In this document: positions 28,250 through 37,450 of the stretch, in pieces | Layout: every line of letters begins with the position of its first letter | Position numbering within the stretch: position 1 is the stretch's first letter | Origin: Spirochaetaceae bacterium | GTDB taxonomy: Bacteria; Spirochaetota; Spirochaetia; DSM-27196; SLAA01 | DNA: 64,000 nt | Reading direction: 5' to 3' | Assembly (NCBI GenBank): GCA_003552985.1 | Contig: PUPD01000208.1 | Span: 4,227-68,226 of the forward strand | Position numbers and translations under genes: made by a program | The notes under the pieces: model-generated | What the model was told of the DNA's origin: nothing | Databases searched by the model: none | What the model saw: only the letters and a program-made list of their open reading frames with translations

Positions 28250-31093
28250 TCACCTCTGATACGCTGCCGGATAGAGGATGAGGCGGACGTGGTTCTCGAA
28301 ATCCAGATGGCGTTCGGCAGCTCTCCTGATGGTCTCAGCCTCGAGCGAATCGGTCAGTTCCGGACGGGCTGGAATCCAGGACACCGGCTGATCGTAGTAG
28401 TAGGCGTTTCTGAGACTGTTGAGCCAGAAACGGTTGGAGCGCATCTCGGCTTCATGGTCACGCCGGTGGGTTTCCTGCACGCGTGCGAGCAGGCTCTCTG
28501 AAGGTCCGGCATTGACGAACGCGCGGAGCTCATCGATTACCAGATCGCCAAGCTCGGAAGCCCGTTCGGGGCTTGCCCCGAACAGTACGCTGAACTGATA
28601 GCGCGAAACCGGGAACTGTGCCAACGAGCCGGAAACACCGACGCTGTAGGTCCCGCTCTCGCGTTCGCGGAGGACCTCGCGTAGTTTCAACCGCAGAGCG
28701 TCCGTCAGGCTGCGAAAGGCGTAGTTGTCCTCGCGTGACCAGCGGTGCTCACCCGTGAACACTATCGCCACGCGCCCGGCGGGGTCGGCTCCAATGAAGA
28801 TCTCCTCCTCGATGACACCGCGCGGCAGGCTCAGTCCGCGGTCAATTCGCTCCGGTACCTCGTCTGTGGTCGGCAACGACGCCACGTAGGTCTCCACATA
28901 GCCGCGCACCCGATCCGGATCCAGCGCGCCGACCAGAAAGAGCCGTAACCCCGACATCTCGCCGAAAAGACGCTCATGAAGCTCGACCACCCGGTCGAAC
29001 TGAACACGGTCAAGATCTTCGAGGGTGAGCGGCATGCGCCGCAGGTCGCCGTCGGCGAGAATCTCAAAGACCCGATCGATGAACGCCGGGTTGGGCTGCG
29101 CCGCTCGGTTGCGCAGTTGTGAGCGCTCGCGACGCATCACGGTTTCGAACGCCGCTTCGTCCACCCTCGGAGCGTGCACGCTGAGGTGTAGGAGCTGAAA
29201 CAATTGCTCCAGATCGCCCACCGAGCTCCGTCCCTCGAATCCGTGATCGTACCGGTTCAGATACGGTGCAATGCTGACCTCGATTCCGGCCAGCAGGCGA
29301 TCGAGCTCGATCCTGCTCAGATGCGCAATGCCGGACTCACTCGCCACATCAGGCACAAATCGGGCGTTATGGTAGTCTTTGTCCTCGACGAGCGATGCGC
29401 CTCCGTAACGAAAGGCGCTCAGACGAACTTCGTCGCTGCGGAAATCCGTCGGCTTCAGTACCACGGTGAGGCCGTTTGAGAGGGTCCACTCGAGTGCATC
29501 GACATCCTCGAGCTCCCGTTCGCGTACGATCTCACCCGGGGTGGGCGGCTGCGGCATCAGCTCCTCGAGCTCAATATCATTGGGGAACGGCTCGAGCTCG
29601 AGCGCGACGACCTTCTCAAGAGTTTGTGCGAGCTCCCCTTCGCTCGGCATTACTAGCTGTGTGTTCTCGGCGGCGCTGATTGCGATAACGCGGTTCTCAG
29701 GGAGAAAGAACTGTTCCGCGCGCTCGTGGAGGTGCTCGGTAGTGACCAACGGCAGAAAACGCTCGGTCAAGGCCCATTCCAGCTCTATTCCCGGAACGGC
29801 TTCACCCTGTAGGAAGTGGCGAACATACTCCGAAGCGAACCCGCTCGACGGCGTGTTGTCGCGCTCGTTGTAGGCGTTCTGCATGCTGCGCCGCAGCTCG
29901 CGTCTTGCCCGTTCCAGCTCCGCCTCGCTAAACCCGTGCCGGCGAGCCCGGGCGGCTTCAGTGACCAACGCTTCAAAGCCGCCGAGGATACTGTCTTCCT
30001 CAACGCGCGCCTGGATGATTCGCGCCGAAACCGGCCGAGCGAGTCTCCCGCGTCCCGCTACGGCGCTTAGGAAAGGGGCGTCCGGCGCGCGAGCGATCTC
30101 GCTCAAGCGGTTGTTGAGCGCAATCGCAAACAGCCGGTCTTCCAACAGCTCGCGGTACTGGCGTTCGGTCTGCAGGGGCTCGGTCGCGAACTTGCTATAG
30201 ATCGTGACGGTATTCCCGGATGCCTCGGGATCGCTCACCAGTGAATACATTGTATCCTGGTGTGCAGGGACCTGGAACTCGGGGCGCTCCGGCGGGTCCG
30301 GATGGGGCTCAATGCGGCTGAAGTACTCGACAATCCAGCTCTCGATCTGATCGGCGTCAAAATCACCTACCGCCACCACCGCCATTAGTTCGGGGCGGTA
30401 CCAGTCCCGATAGAAGCGCACGAGCTCTTCGCGGCCCGCCTCCATGAACACCTCGGGCTTGCCGATCGGCAAACGTTCGGCGTGGCGCGAATCGCGCAAC
30501 AGTACCGGCAGTTGTCGGTCACGGATTCGCTGCGAGGCGCCGAGGCGAGTACGCCACTCTTCCTTGATGACCCCGCGCTCGGACTCAATCATCTCCGGTT
30601 CGAACGTCACGGCATGCGCCCACTGCTGGAGGATGTGAATCCCGGTTTCGAGCTTCTCAGCGTCGTCGGCCGGAATCTGCAGCATGTATACCGTCTCGTC
30701 GAAGCTGGTGTACGCATTTACATCCGGTCCGAACCGAATGCCGAGCGACTCCAGATAGCCGTCGATCGCGTCCTTGTCGAACGCCTCCGTTCCCAGGAAC
30801 GCCAGGTGCTCGACGAAATGAGCCAGACCGAGCTGGTCCTCGTCTTCGAGGACCGATCCCGCGTTGACGACAAGACGGAGAAACGCGCGGTTCTCAGGCT
30901 CCGCATTCTCGCGAATATAGTATGTTAGGCCGTTCTCGAGCGTCTCGAGTCGCAGCTCCGGATCCAGCGGCAGGAGTTCAGGATCAGCCGATAGGGGAAC
31001 GGCAGGCTCGCCGCTTCCCCGGGCAGCGGCCGGTGCGGCCGACACAAGCAGAAAGATGACCAGTAAAGTCCCAAGCAGAGCACGTGCGTTCAT
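28250..31093 (-). CDS. Secreted M16 (pitrilysin/insulinase) family zinc peptidase, double-module (PqqL-like) form
   Basis: Inverted zinc motif HFVEHLAFLG. ATG 31093 gives the signal peptide MNARALLGTLLVIFLLVSAAPAAARG. About 947 aa with two M16 active/inactive domain pairs. Confidence 0.8.
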   Translation of the reverse strand: MNARALLGTLLVIFLLVSAAPAAARGSGEPAVPLSADPELLPLDPELRLETLENGLTYYIRENAEPENRAFLRLVVNAGSVLEDEDQLGLAHFVEHLAFLGTEAFDKDAIDGYLESLGIRFGPDVNAYTSFDETVYMLQIPADDAEKLETGIHILQQWAHAVTFEPEMIESERGVIKEEWRTRLGASQRIRDRQLPVLLRDSRHAERLPIGKPEVFMEAGREELVRFYRDWYRPELMAVVAVGDFDADQIESWIVEYFSRIEPHPDPPERPEFQVPAHQDTMYSLVSDPEASGNTVTIYSKFATEPLQTERQYRELLEDRLFAIALNNRLSEIARAPDAPFLSAVAGRGRLARPVSARIIQARVEEDSILGGFEALVTEAARARRHGFSEAELERARRELRRSMQNAYNERDNTPSSGFASEYVRHFLQGEAVPGIELEWALTERFLPLVTTEHLHERAEQFFLPENRVIAISAAENTQLVMPSEGELAQTLEKVVALELEPFPNDIELEELMPQPPTPGEIVRERELEDVDALEWTLSNGLTVVLKPTDFRSDEVRLSAFRYGGASLVEDKDYHNARFVPDVASESGIAHLSRIELDRLLAGIEVSIAPYLNRYDHGFEGRSSVGDLEQLFQLLHLSVHAPRVDEAAFETVMRRERSQLRNRAAQPNPAFIDRVFEILADGDLRRMPLTLEDLDRVQFDRVVELHERLFGEMSGLRLFLVGALDPDRVRGYVETYVASLPTTDEVPERIDRGLSLPRGVIEEEIFIGADPAGRVAIVFTGEHRWSREDNYAFRSLTDALRLKLREVLRERESGTYSVGVSGSLAQFPVSRYQFSVLFGASPERASELGDLVIDELRAFVNAGPSESLLARVQETHRRDHEAEMRSNRFWLNSLRNAYYYDQPVSWIPARPELTDSLEAETIRRAAERHLDFENHVRLILYPAAYQR

Positions 31094-31132
31094 ACCGTTA
31101 CAATAGCCCGGGAAAGCATATCCGAACAAGCT

Positions 31133-31149
31133 GATTGTACCGATTGTAC
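31133..31149. repeat. Tandem direct repeat gattgtac-c-gattgtac in the divergent M16 / Rrf2 promoter region
   Basis: Read directly: gattgtac at 31133..31140 and again at 31142..31149. Confidence 0.9.
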
Positions 31150-31170
31150 GCTCCGGAACGCGCGGACGGC

Positions 31171-31199
31171 TGGACACCGGAGGTGTGTTTCGCTATTAT
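31171..31199 (+). promoter_or_regulatory. Candidate sigma70-type promoter of the Rrf2-cysK-metY unit (TGGACA-17-TATTAT)
   Basis: -35 at 31171..31176, -10 at 31194..31199, 17-nt spacer. AGGAG RBS at 31224..31228 and ATG at 31231. Confidence 0.45.
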
Positions 31200-31211
31200 G
31201 ATCATAATAGC
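31192..31211. promoter_or_regulatory. Perfect 20-bp palindrome GCTATTATGATCATAATAGC overlapping the -10 element; candidate Rrf2 operator
   Basis: I checked base by base that the sequence equals its own reverse complement. It is AT-rich in a GC-rich genome and ends 20 nt upstream of the regulator start codon. Confidence 0.55.
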
Positions 31212-31230
31212 CTGTTTGTTGATAGGAGAA

Positions 31231-31656
31231 ATGGTGTTTCCGTCTGCACGACTTCGCCATGCGGTGACAGCCCTCACGGTGCTCAGCGACGCCTACCCGG
31301 ACCGGGTGGTATCGCTGCGCACCATTGCGGCCGAAGAACGTATCTCGGAGAAATACCTGGAGCCGCTTTTCGTGCAGTTGCGCACGAGCGAGCTCGTCAC
31401 CAGTGTGCGAGGTAAGCACGGCGGTTACACCCTGCGGCGCGCTCCCGGTGACCTGAGCCTATACGCGGTTGCCGAGGCGGTCGGCGAGCTGCCGGGCAGG
31501 CGCCGGAAAAGCCCGGCGGCCGGTGAGCACGGCGCGGACAACGCCGTTTGGGCTGAGCTGCAAGGCGTTATCAAGCGCTATCTGGAGTCGGTAACCCTCG
31601 CGGACGCACGCGCGCTGCGACGCTCCGGTCGCGCTGCCGAGAGCTATCGAATCTGA
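31231..31656 (+). CDS. Rrf2-family transcriptional regulator (CymR/IscR-like)
   Basis: ATG 31231 with an AGGAG RBS; the track start at 31135 is an upstream extension. Winged-helix block: ISEKYLEPLFVQLRTSELVTSVRGKHGGYTLRRAP. I see no three-Cys cluster. Confidence 0.8.
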   Translation: MVFPSARLRHAVTALTVLSDAYPDRVVSLRTIAAEERISEKYLEPLFVQLRTSELVTSVRGKHGGYTLRRAPGDLSLYAVAEAVGELPGRRRKSPAAGEHGADNAVWAELQGVIKRYLESVTLADARALRRSGRAAESYRI

Positions 31657-31670
31657 AGGAGTGAATAGGT

Positions 31671-32594
31671 ATGGCGGTAACGGAATCTATCGCGGAGCTG
31701 GTGGGCGGCACCCCGCTGCTGAAGCTTCGGCGCCTGACCCACGGATGCCTCGGTGAGGTCTACGTCAAGATGGAGTCGCACAATCCCTTGAGCAGCGTCA
31801 AGGACCGAATTGGGCTCGCGATGATCGAGGCGGCCGAGCGGTCCGGCGAGCTGAAACCGGGAGGGGCAATCGTAGAAGCGACGAGCGGCAATACCGGGAT
31901 CGCGCTCGCGTATCTGGGCGCGGCACGGGGCTACCGTGTGATGCTCACGATGCCCGACACCATGAGTATCGAGCGCCGGCGCTTGCTGGCCGCGCTCGGA
32001 GCGGAGCTCGTGCTGACTCCCGGCCCGGACGGCATGCCCGGGTCGGTGGAGAAGGCGAAAGAGCTGGTGCGCGACACGCCCGACGCGGTGTCGATGAGTC
32101 AGTTCCGGAATCCGTCGAATCCGGCGATCCATGAAGCCACGACCGGCGAAGAGATCCGGCGGGACACCGGAGGGAAGGTCGACATCTTCGTCGCCGGCGT
32201 GGGTACCGGAGGGACCATTACCGGGGTGACTCGCTGTTTGCGCCGTTACAATTCAGAGCTGCAGGCCATCGCGGTGGAGCCGGACAGTTCGGCGGTGCTT
32301 TCGGGAGGGAAACCGGGGCCGCATAAGATACAGGGAATCGGCGCGGGCTTCGTTCCCGAGGTGCTCGATACGAGCTTGCTCTCGGAAGTTCTGCAGGTCG
32401 GCGCCGACGACGCGACAGAGATTACCCGCCGCCTGGCGAAGGAGGAGGGAATCCTTGCGGGAGTATCGGCCGGGGCCAATGTCTGGGCTGCACTACAGGT
32501 TGCGCGGCGCGAAAGCTCACGCGGGAAGACCATCGTTACGGTGATCTGCGACACCGGCGAGCGTTATCTCAGCACTTGGCTATTTGAACAGTAG
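31671..32594 (+). CDS. cysK: Cysteine synthase A (O-acetylserine sulfhydrylase)
   Basis: PLP-lysine motif [10 protein letters not shown]. Further blocks: SGNTGIALA and [10 protein letters not shown]. Confidence 0.85.
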   Translation: MAVTESIAELVGGTPLLKLRRLTHGCLGEVYVKMESHNPLSSVKDRIGLAMIEAAERSGELKPGGAIVEATSGNTGIALAYLGAARGYRVMLTMPDTMSIERRRLLAALGAELVLTPGPDGMPGSVEKAKELVRDTPDAVSMSQFRNPSNPAIHEATTGEEIRRDTGGKVDIFVAGVGTGGTITGVTRCLRRYNSELQAIAVEPDSSAVLSGGKPGPHKIQGIGAGFVPEVLDTSLLSEVLQVGADDATEITRRLAKEEGILAGVSAGANVWAALQVARRESSRGKTIVTVICDTGERYLSTWLFEQ

Positions 32595-32629
32595 AGTAAC
32601 GACCAAAACCAAACCTTTCAGGAGGACCA

Positions 32630-33913
32630 ATGAACGATTATAAGCTTGACACTCTGGCGCTGCATGCCGGGCAGGCGAAGGACGAGCACGTTCCCAGCAG
32701 AGCAGTGCCGATCCACCGTACAACTGCCTACAACTTCCGCGATACCGAGCACGCCGCGAATTTGTTCGGCCTGCGCGAGCTGGGTTATATCTATACGCGA
32801 ATCATGAACCCCACCCAGGCGGTGCTTGAGGAGCGTATGACCGCCATGGAGGGTGGTGCCGGCGCGCTGGCGCTCGCCTCGGGCACCTCGGCAGTCTATT
32901 ACGCGATCATCAACATCTGCGAGGCCGGAGACGAGATCGTTTCTGCGAGTCATCTCTACGGCGGAACCTACACGATGTTCAACAACATCTTTCCGCAGTT
33001 CGGCATCACGGTGCGGTTCGTGAACCCGCTCGATCTGGGTGAGATCGAGGCTGCGATCAATGACAAGACGCGGGCGGTCTTCATCGAGACGATCGGCAAC
33101 CCGGGATTGTCGGTGCCTGATTTCGAATCGATTGCCGAGCTCGCACACCGCCATCGGCTGCCGGTGATCGCGGATGCTACCTTTACCACGCCGGCGTTGC
33201 TACGGCCGATGGACCATGGCGTCGATATCACGGTGTACTCGCTCACCAAGTGGCTCGGCGGACACGGCACCGGCATTGGGGGAGTCGTTGTCGATTCGGG
33301 CCGTTTCGACTGGACGGACCCGAAGTTCGGTTTGATGAATCGACCGGAGGGCAGCTATCACGGTATCCGCTTCGCGCACGATCTCGGCGAGCTTCAGCCG
33401 TTGGCCTATATTCTGCGCATGCGCCTCGTCCCGTTGCGGAATCTCGGCGCCGCGATATCACCAGACAACGCCTGGATGTTCCTGCAGGGCATCGAGACCC
33501 TGCCGCTGCGGATGCAGCGCCACTGCGAAAACGCCGCTGCGGTTGCCGATTACCTGGCCGAGCATCCCAAGGTCAACTGGGTGCGGTATCCGGGCCTTGC
33601 AGATCACCCGTCGCACGACAACGCGCGCCGGTACCTCAAACGCGGGTACGGCGGCATGGTCGTGTTCGGGATTGCCGGCGGCCGGGCCGCCGGTGAGCGG
33701 TTCATCAACAGTCTCGAGCTGTTTTCACATGTCGCCAACGTCGGCGACGCCAAGAGCCTCGCGATTCACCCGGCGAGCACCACGCATTCGCAGCTGGATG
33801 AAGAGCAGCAGCGTGAAGCCGAGGTCGACCCAGGGTTGGTGCGGCTTTCGATCGGCATCGAGCATATCGATGATCTGATCGCGGAACTTGATCGTGCCCT
33901 GAGCAAGGCTTGA
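32630..33913 (+). CDS. metY: O-acetylhomoserine (thiol)-lyase / sulfhydrylase
   Basis: Cys/Met-metabolism PLP family. PLP-lysine context YSLTKWLGGHG; the N-terminus HAGQAKDEHVPSRAVPIHRTTAY is typical. GGAGGA RBS is present. Confidence 0.8.
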   Translation: MNDYKLDTLALHAGQAKDEHVPSRAVPIHRTTAYNFRDTEHAANLFGLRELGYIYTRIMNPTQAVLEERMTAMEGGAGALALASGTSAVYYAIINICEAGDEIVSASHLYGGTYTMFNNIFPQFGITVRFVNPLDLGEIEAAINDKTRAVFIETIGNPGLSVPDFESIAELAHRHRLPVIADATFTTPALLRPMDHGVDITVYSLTKWLGGHGTGIGGVVVDSGRFDWTDPKFGLMNRPEGSYHGIRFAHDLGELQPLAYILRMRLVPLRNLGAAISPDNAWMFLQGIETLPLRMQRHCENAAAVADYLAEHPKVNWVRYPGLADHPSHDNARRYLKRGYGGMVVFGIAGGRAAGERFINSLELFSHVANVGDAKSLAIHPASTTHSQLDEEQQREAEVDPGLVRLSIGIEHIDDLIAELDRALSKA

Positions 33914-33969
33914 CGGCTTGACCGGAGCGGCCTATGCGGCCGGCGCCTCCGCTCCCGGAGCGCGCCGCT

Positions 33970-34005
<36 letters not shown>

Positions 34006-34036
34006 CGCCGCCGGGTGCGAACATGCACGCATCGTC

Positions 34037-34066
34037 TTGCTTCAGCCTGCTTTGAGAAAGTATACT
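34037..34066 (+). promoter_or_regulatory. Candidate sigma70-type promoter (TTGCTT-18-TATACT) for the 640-aa gene
   Basis: Hexamers at 34037..34042 and 34061..34066. GGAGG at 34089..34093 precedes the TTG start at 34104. Confidence 0.4.
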
Positions 34067-34103
34067 CTAACCTATAGCTCTCACCGACGGAGGCCCTCGC
34101 GTA

Positions 34104-36026
34104 TTGAAACGCGCGTATGAAGAAGACGACGCAGGCGGGTTTCGAGCGAAGGCCCGCGATCTTCGCAAACGGGTAAGGCAGGCGGTCCGCAAGGAATCGT
34201 GGGGCCGTACGGTGGTGAACCTCGCCTGGACCGCAGGTCCGGTTACGTACTTCGCGCTCACCGGCGGCTACTACATCAGCTACGGCAGAACGCCGCCGGG
34301 AAACCTCATCATATACTTCGCGATTTACACGATTATCGCCGGTCTGCTGGCTATTGCGCTGCGCATCGGTTACCATGTCGTGCGCGGCCATAATCTCGAG
34401 GCGGCCGAACAGGCGCTCACCCAGGTCATGGGGCAGGTCCCGGACCTGGTGGTGCAGATGCGCAACCGGCTGCTCGAGACCTATGACGATGCCAATCGTA
34501 TCGTGATCTCGGCGCACTACCTCCTTGAGAACCCTGACGCCTCGATCGAAGCGGTGCAACTCGCGGTGTACGATCTGACGCACAGCACGCGTCTCGCGCA
34601 AACGGTGCGTGCGATCGAGGTACTGCGCCGTACCGGGCTGCAGGTTCGTGTTTCTGATATGCAGCAGGCCGTGGCGGACGAGTTGAGCCAGGTGTTACAC
34701 ATCCTGGAACAGAACTCGCCTCGTGTTGCCGAGTTGGTGGGGCAGCGCTTTCGCGGGGGCGCTCCCGCCAAGAGTGAAGGCCGGGTTCGCGTTGAGGGGT
34801 TTATCGAACGCATCCTGTTTGCCGGTGAGAACGACGACTACAACTACATGGGCTACGGCGATGTTGAAGAGGTCCTGACGTTGCTGTTCGAGATGCTGAC
34901 CGGCCGCGAGATTCCGATGTTCCGCTTGCAGTATTCCGGCTCGGCGTTGTTCCGTGATGTTTCGGTCAACGCCGACCGTGCGCGCCACGAGTATCGTCGC
35001 GCGGTCTTCATGCGCAATAGCCGGTTACGACTGCTCGCCGAGACACTGAACGATTCCACGGAAGTGCAGCGGGTCGCCGCTGCAATTCCCTCGTTATCCT
35101 CGGTGGGCGAGATGGCTGCGAATGTCTACCGCGCGATCGAGAGCTTGTTCGCTGAGTTGTCGCGACGAAAGATTGACCGCAATGCACCGGCGGATGAACG
35201 ATTAGAAACGTTCCGTATCCTGGAGCAGTTCCGAACCGTACTTCATCTCTACCAGCAGATGTACCGGGCGAATCAGCAGGTGGAGCGCAGCTACGCCCAT
35301 CTGCAATCCGCCGAACGGCGCTATAGCCGCGATTTGGAGAAGCATCGGGATGAGTTTCCGCTGAAGCTACTGCGGCCGGGTGCTCTCGGCAGCGGCATCC
35401 GCATCATCCCGCGCTCAATCCGGCTGGAGCCGGCCGAGCGCCACGCGGTTGCGCTGGTGCTGGAGCAGACCTTTGCGCTCTATCGACGCCGGCTTCGGGC
35501 GGTCACGATCACCGCCGCCCCGGATCAGATCCCGCAGCGCCTTGCGCGCGCCTGCAAGCAGCTGGGAGTAGAGATCGCGTTGGAGCTGGATCGCTACCTC
35601 CACCTCAACCGCGAGCATGTGCAGGATGCGATCGAAAACTCGCCGGCGGTGGATCTGGCGGGCTATGATGTCAACCTGACCACCGAACAGCGCATAGAAT
35701 GGGCGAGAAGCTCGGTGCGCGAGGTACAGGATTCCACCGCCGACGCCGTCCATCGACTGGCTCGCTACCTGGTTTTGTTTCACCAGGTTCCCCTCCAAGA
35801 CGAAGATATCCGAATTCTGAGCGAGGAATTCGGTGCGGATTCGAATATTCTGCGCCAAATCCAGCCGGAGCCCGATCGCGATGTTTCCGCGGTCCTCGGT
35901 TCTCCGCAGCCCCAGTTGCTGAACGTGCCGCCGCTGAATCGGCGACACAGCGCGCTCGTGGAGCAGTTTGATCGGGCGCTTGCCCGAAAGTCAGTGGGGC
36001 CGTCGTCGGCCGCCCGCGGACAGTGA
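34104..36026 (+). CDS. Membrane-anchored protein of unknown function (two N-terminal TM helices plus a cytoplasmic helical region of about 520 aa)
   Basis: TTG start with a GGAGG RBS. TM segments: VVNLAWTAGPVTYFALTGGYYISY and LIIYFAIYTIIAGLLAIALRIGY. The remainder is Arg/Glu/Leu-rich with no motif I recognise. Confidence 0.55.
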   Translation: MKRAYEEDDAGGFRAKARDLRKRVRQAVRKESWGRTVVNLAWTAGPVTYFALTGGYYISYGRTPPGNLIIYFAIYTIIAGLLAIALRIGYHVVRGHNLEAAEQALTQVMGQVPDLVVQMRNRLLETYDDANRIVISAHYLLENPDASIEAVQLAVYDLTHSTRLAQTVRAIEVLRRTGLQVRVSDMQQAVADELSQVLHILEQNSPRVAELVGQRFRGGAPAKSEGRVRVEGFIERILFAGENDDYNYMGYGDVEEVLTLLFEMLTGREIPMFRLQYSGSALFRDVSVNADRARHEYRRAVFMRNSRLRLLAETLNDSTEVQRVAAAIPSLSSVGEMAANVYRAIESLFAELSRRKIDRNAPADERLETFRILEQFRTVLHLYQQMYRANQQVERSYAHLQSAERRYSRDLEKHRDEFPLKLLRPGALGSGIRIIPRSIRLEPAERHAVALVLEQTFALYRRRLRAVTITAAPDQIPQRLARACKQLGVEIALELDRYLHLNREHVQDAIENSPAVDLAGYDVNLTTEQRIEWARSSVREVQDSTADAVHRLARYLVLFHQVPLQDEDIRILSEEFGADSNILRQIQPEPDRDVSAVLGSPQPQLLNVPPLNRRHSALVEQFDRALARKSVGPSSAARGQ

Positions 36027-36086
36027 CGCTCCCGGCTGCCGCCGTAGGCCCGGTTCTTGTCGTCGCCGCGGTCCCTGCTCCTGCGG

Positions 36087-36116
36087 TTGCCATCTGCGAG
36101 CCGGACGTACTATAAC
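36087..36116 (+). promoter_or_regulatory. Candidate promoter TTGCCA-18-TATAAC placed only 7 nt from the argJ ATG (possible leaderless mRNA)
   Basis: -35 at 36087..36092 and -10 at 36111..36116, with ATG at 36124. There is no SD in the 7-nt gap. Confidence 0.35.
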
Positions 36117-36123
36117 TGTGCCG

Positions 36124-37404
36124 ATGGATCGATTCAGTAGTGAACCCGAGTATCTGGCAGCCCTGGAGCGGCGCGGGCGTATGCCGCACGGGTTCAAGCG
36201 GGCGGTGACCTCCCTGGAGTTCAAAGCGCCCGAGATGGGTGTGGACACGCCCATGCCGATGAACCTGGCGGCCGTGGTCGCCGACGCACCGGTTCAGTCA
36301 TTCGCCGGGATGTTCACTCGCAACCGGTTTCCCGGAGCGCCGGTGATACTGGCGCGCGAGCGCATGCGCGCACCACAGATACAGGCGGTTCTGATCAACA
36401 ACAAGGTCGCAAACGTCGGCGCGCCGAACGGTGTCGCCGATGCGGAGGCGGTACTCCAGGCGTTTGGGCGGGCGACCGGTATTGATCCCGGGCTGGTAAT
36501 CCCGGCATCTACCGGTGTTATCGGGTGGTCGCTTCCGGTTAAGGCGATGGTTGAGGCGGTACCGCGCCTCGCGACGGACCTCGCGGACGCTTCCCTTCTG
36601 CCGATCGCTCAGGCGATCATGACCACCGATGCCTTCCCGAAAGTCCGCTCTGCCGAGGTTGGCGGCGGGCGCATCGTCGGGATAGCGAAAGGCGCCGGCA
36701 TGATCGAGCCGAACCTCGCGACGATGCTGGTGTTCCTGTTCACCGACATCGAGATCGAGCGCTCGGCAATGAGGAGATTGCTCGCTGAAACCTGCGAGAC
36801 CGGCTTCAACCGCATCTCGGTCGACGGTGACCAGAGTACCAGCGACATGGCATTGATTATGTCCTCCGGGAAGGCAGCCCCCGCGCGGGAGCAGGACCTG
36901 CGTGAAGCGATGCGGGAGCTCGGTACAGCCCTGGCGGAGGATATCGTGCGTAACGGCGAGGGTACCGCGCACGTGATACGGGTCATCGTTGAGCAGGCCC
37001 GGACCGAGCGTGAAGCGGAGATTCTGGGTAAGGCTGTGATAAACTCTCCCCTAGTTAAGGCCGCAATTTACGGAAATGATCCGAACGTAGGCCGGATTGT
37101 GGCAGCCCTGGGCGACTGCGCCGGGAATCATGATATCGAGCTGTTGGCGGAACGGCTCTCGGTTTCGATCGCCGGCGAGCAGGTCCTGGCCGGCGGACGT
37201 TTCCAGTTGGACGGAGTCAAAGAGCAGCGGCTGTCGTCATACCTGCGGCACGCCGCCCAGGACCCCACGGGGTGCGGTTACCCCGAGCACAACCGCACCG
37301 TAGAGATTGCGATTGCGTGCGCAGCCGGGACGGCTCGGGCAGAGGTAATCGGGGCTGATCTCTCGTACGAGTACGTGCGCGAAAACGCCGATTACCGGAG
37401 CTAA
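36124..37404 (+). CDS. argJ: Bifunctional ornithine acetyltransferase / N-acetylglutamate synthase ArgJ
   Basis: I prefer ATG 36124 (MDRFSSEPEYL...). The self-cleavage site context is NLATMLVFLFTDIEI, and other ArgJ blocks follow (ISVDGDQSTSDM; NGEGTAHVIRV; DPNVGRI). Confidence 0.85.
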   Translation: MDRFSSEPEYLAALERRGRMPHGFKRAVTSLEFKAPEMGVDTPMPMNLAAVVADAPVQSFAGMFTRNRFPGAPVILARERMRAPQIQAVLINNKVANVGAPNGVADAEAVLQAFGRATGIDPGLVIPASTGVIGWSLPVKAMVEAVPRLATDLADASLLPIAQAIMTTDAFPKVRSAEVGGGRIVGIAKGAGMIEPNLATMLVFLFTDIEIERSAMRRLLAETCETGFNRISVDGDQSTSDMALIMSSGKAAPAREQDLREAMRELGTALAEDIVRNGEGTAHVIRVIVEQARTEREAEILGKAVINSPLVKAAIYGNDPNVGRIVAALGDCAGNHDIELLAERLSVSIAGEQVLAGGRFQLDGVKEQRLSSYLRHAAQDPTGCGYPEHNRTVEIAIACAAGTARAEVIGADLSYEYVRENADYRS

Positions 37405-37450
37405 CGGTTTAACCGCGGTATAAGATTCACGAGCATTGGAGCAACAGAAC

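Noticed and set aside
31657-32629. Riboswitch or T-box leaders for cysK/metY (also checked upstream of the osmoprotectant transporter at 47580..47672)
   Set aside because: The intergenic gaps (14 and 35 nt) are too short, and the 90-nt region before the transporter shows no conserved riboswitch core that I can recognise.
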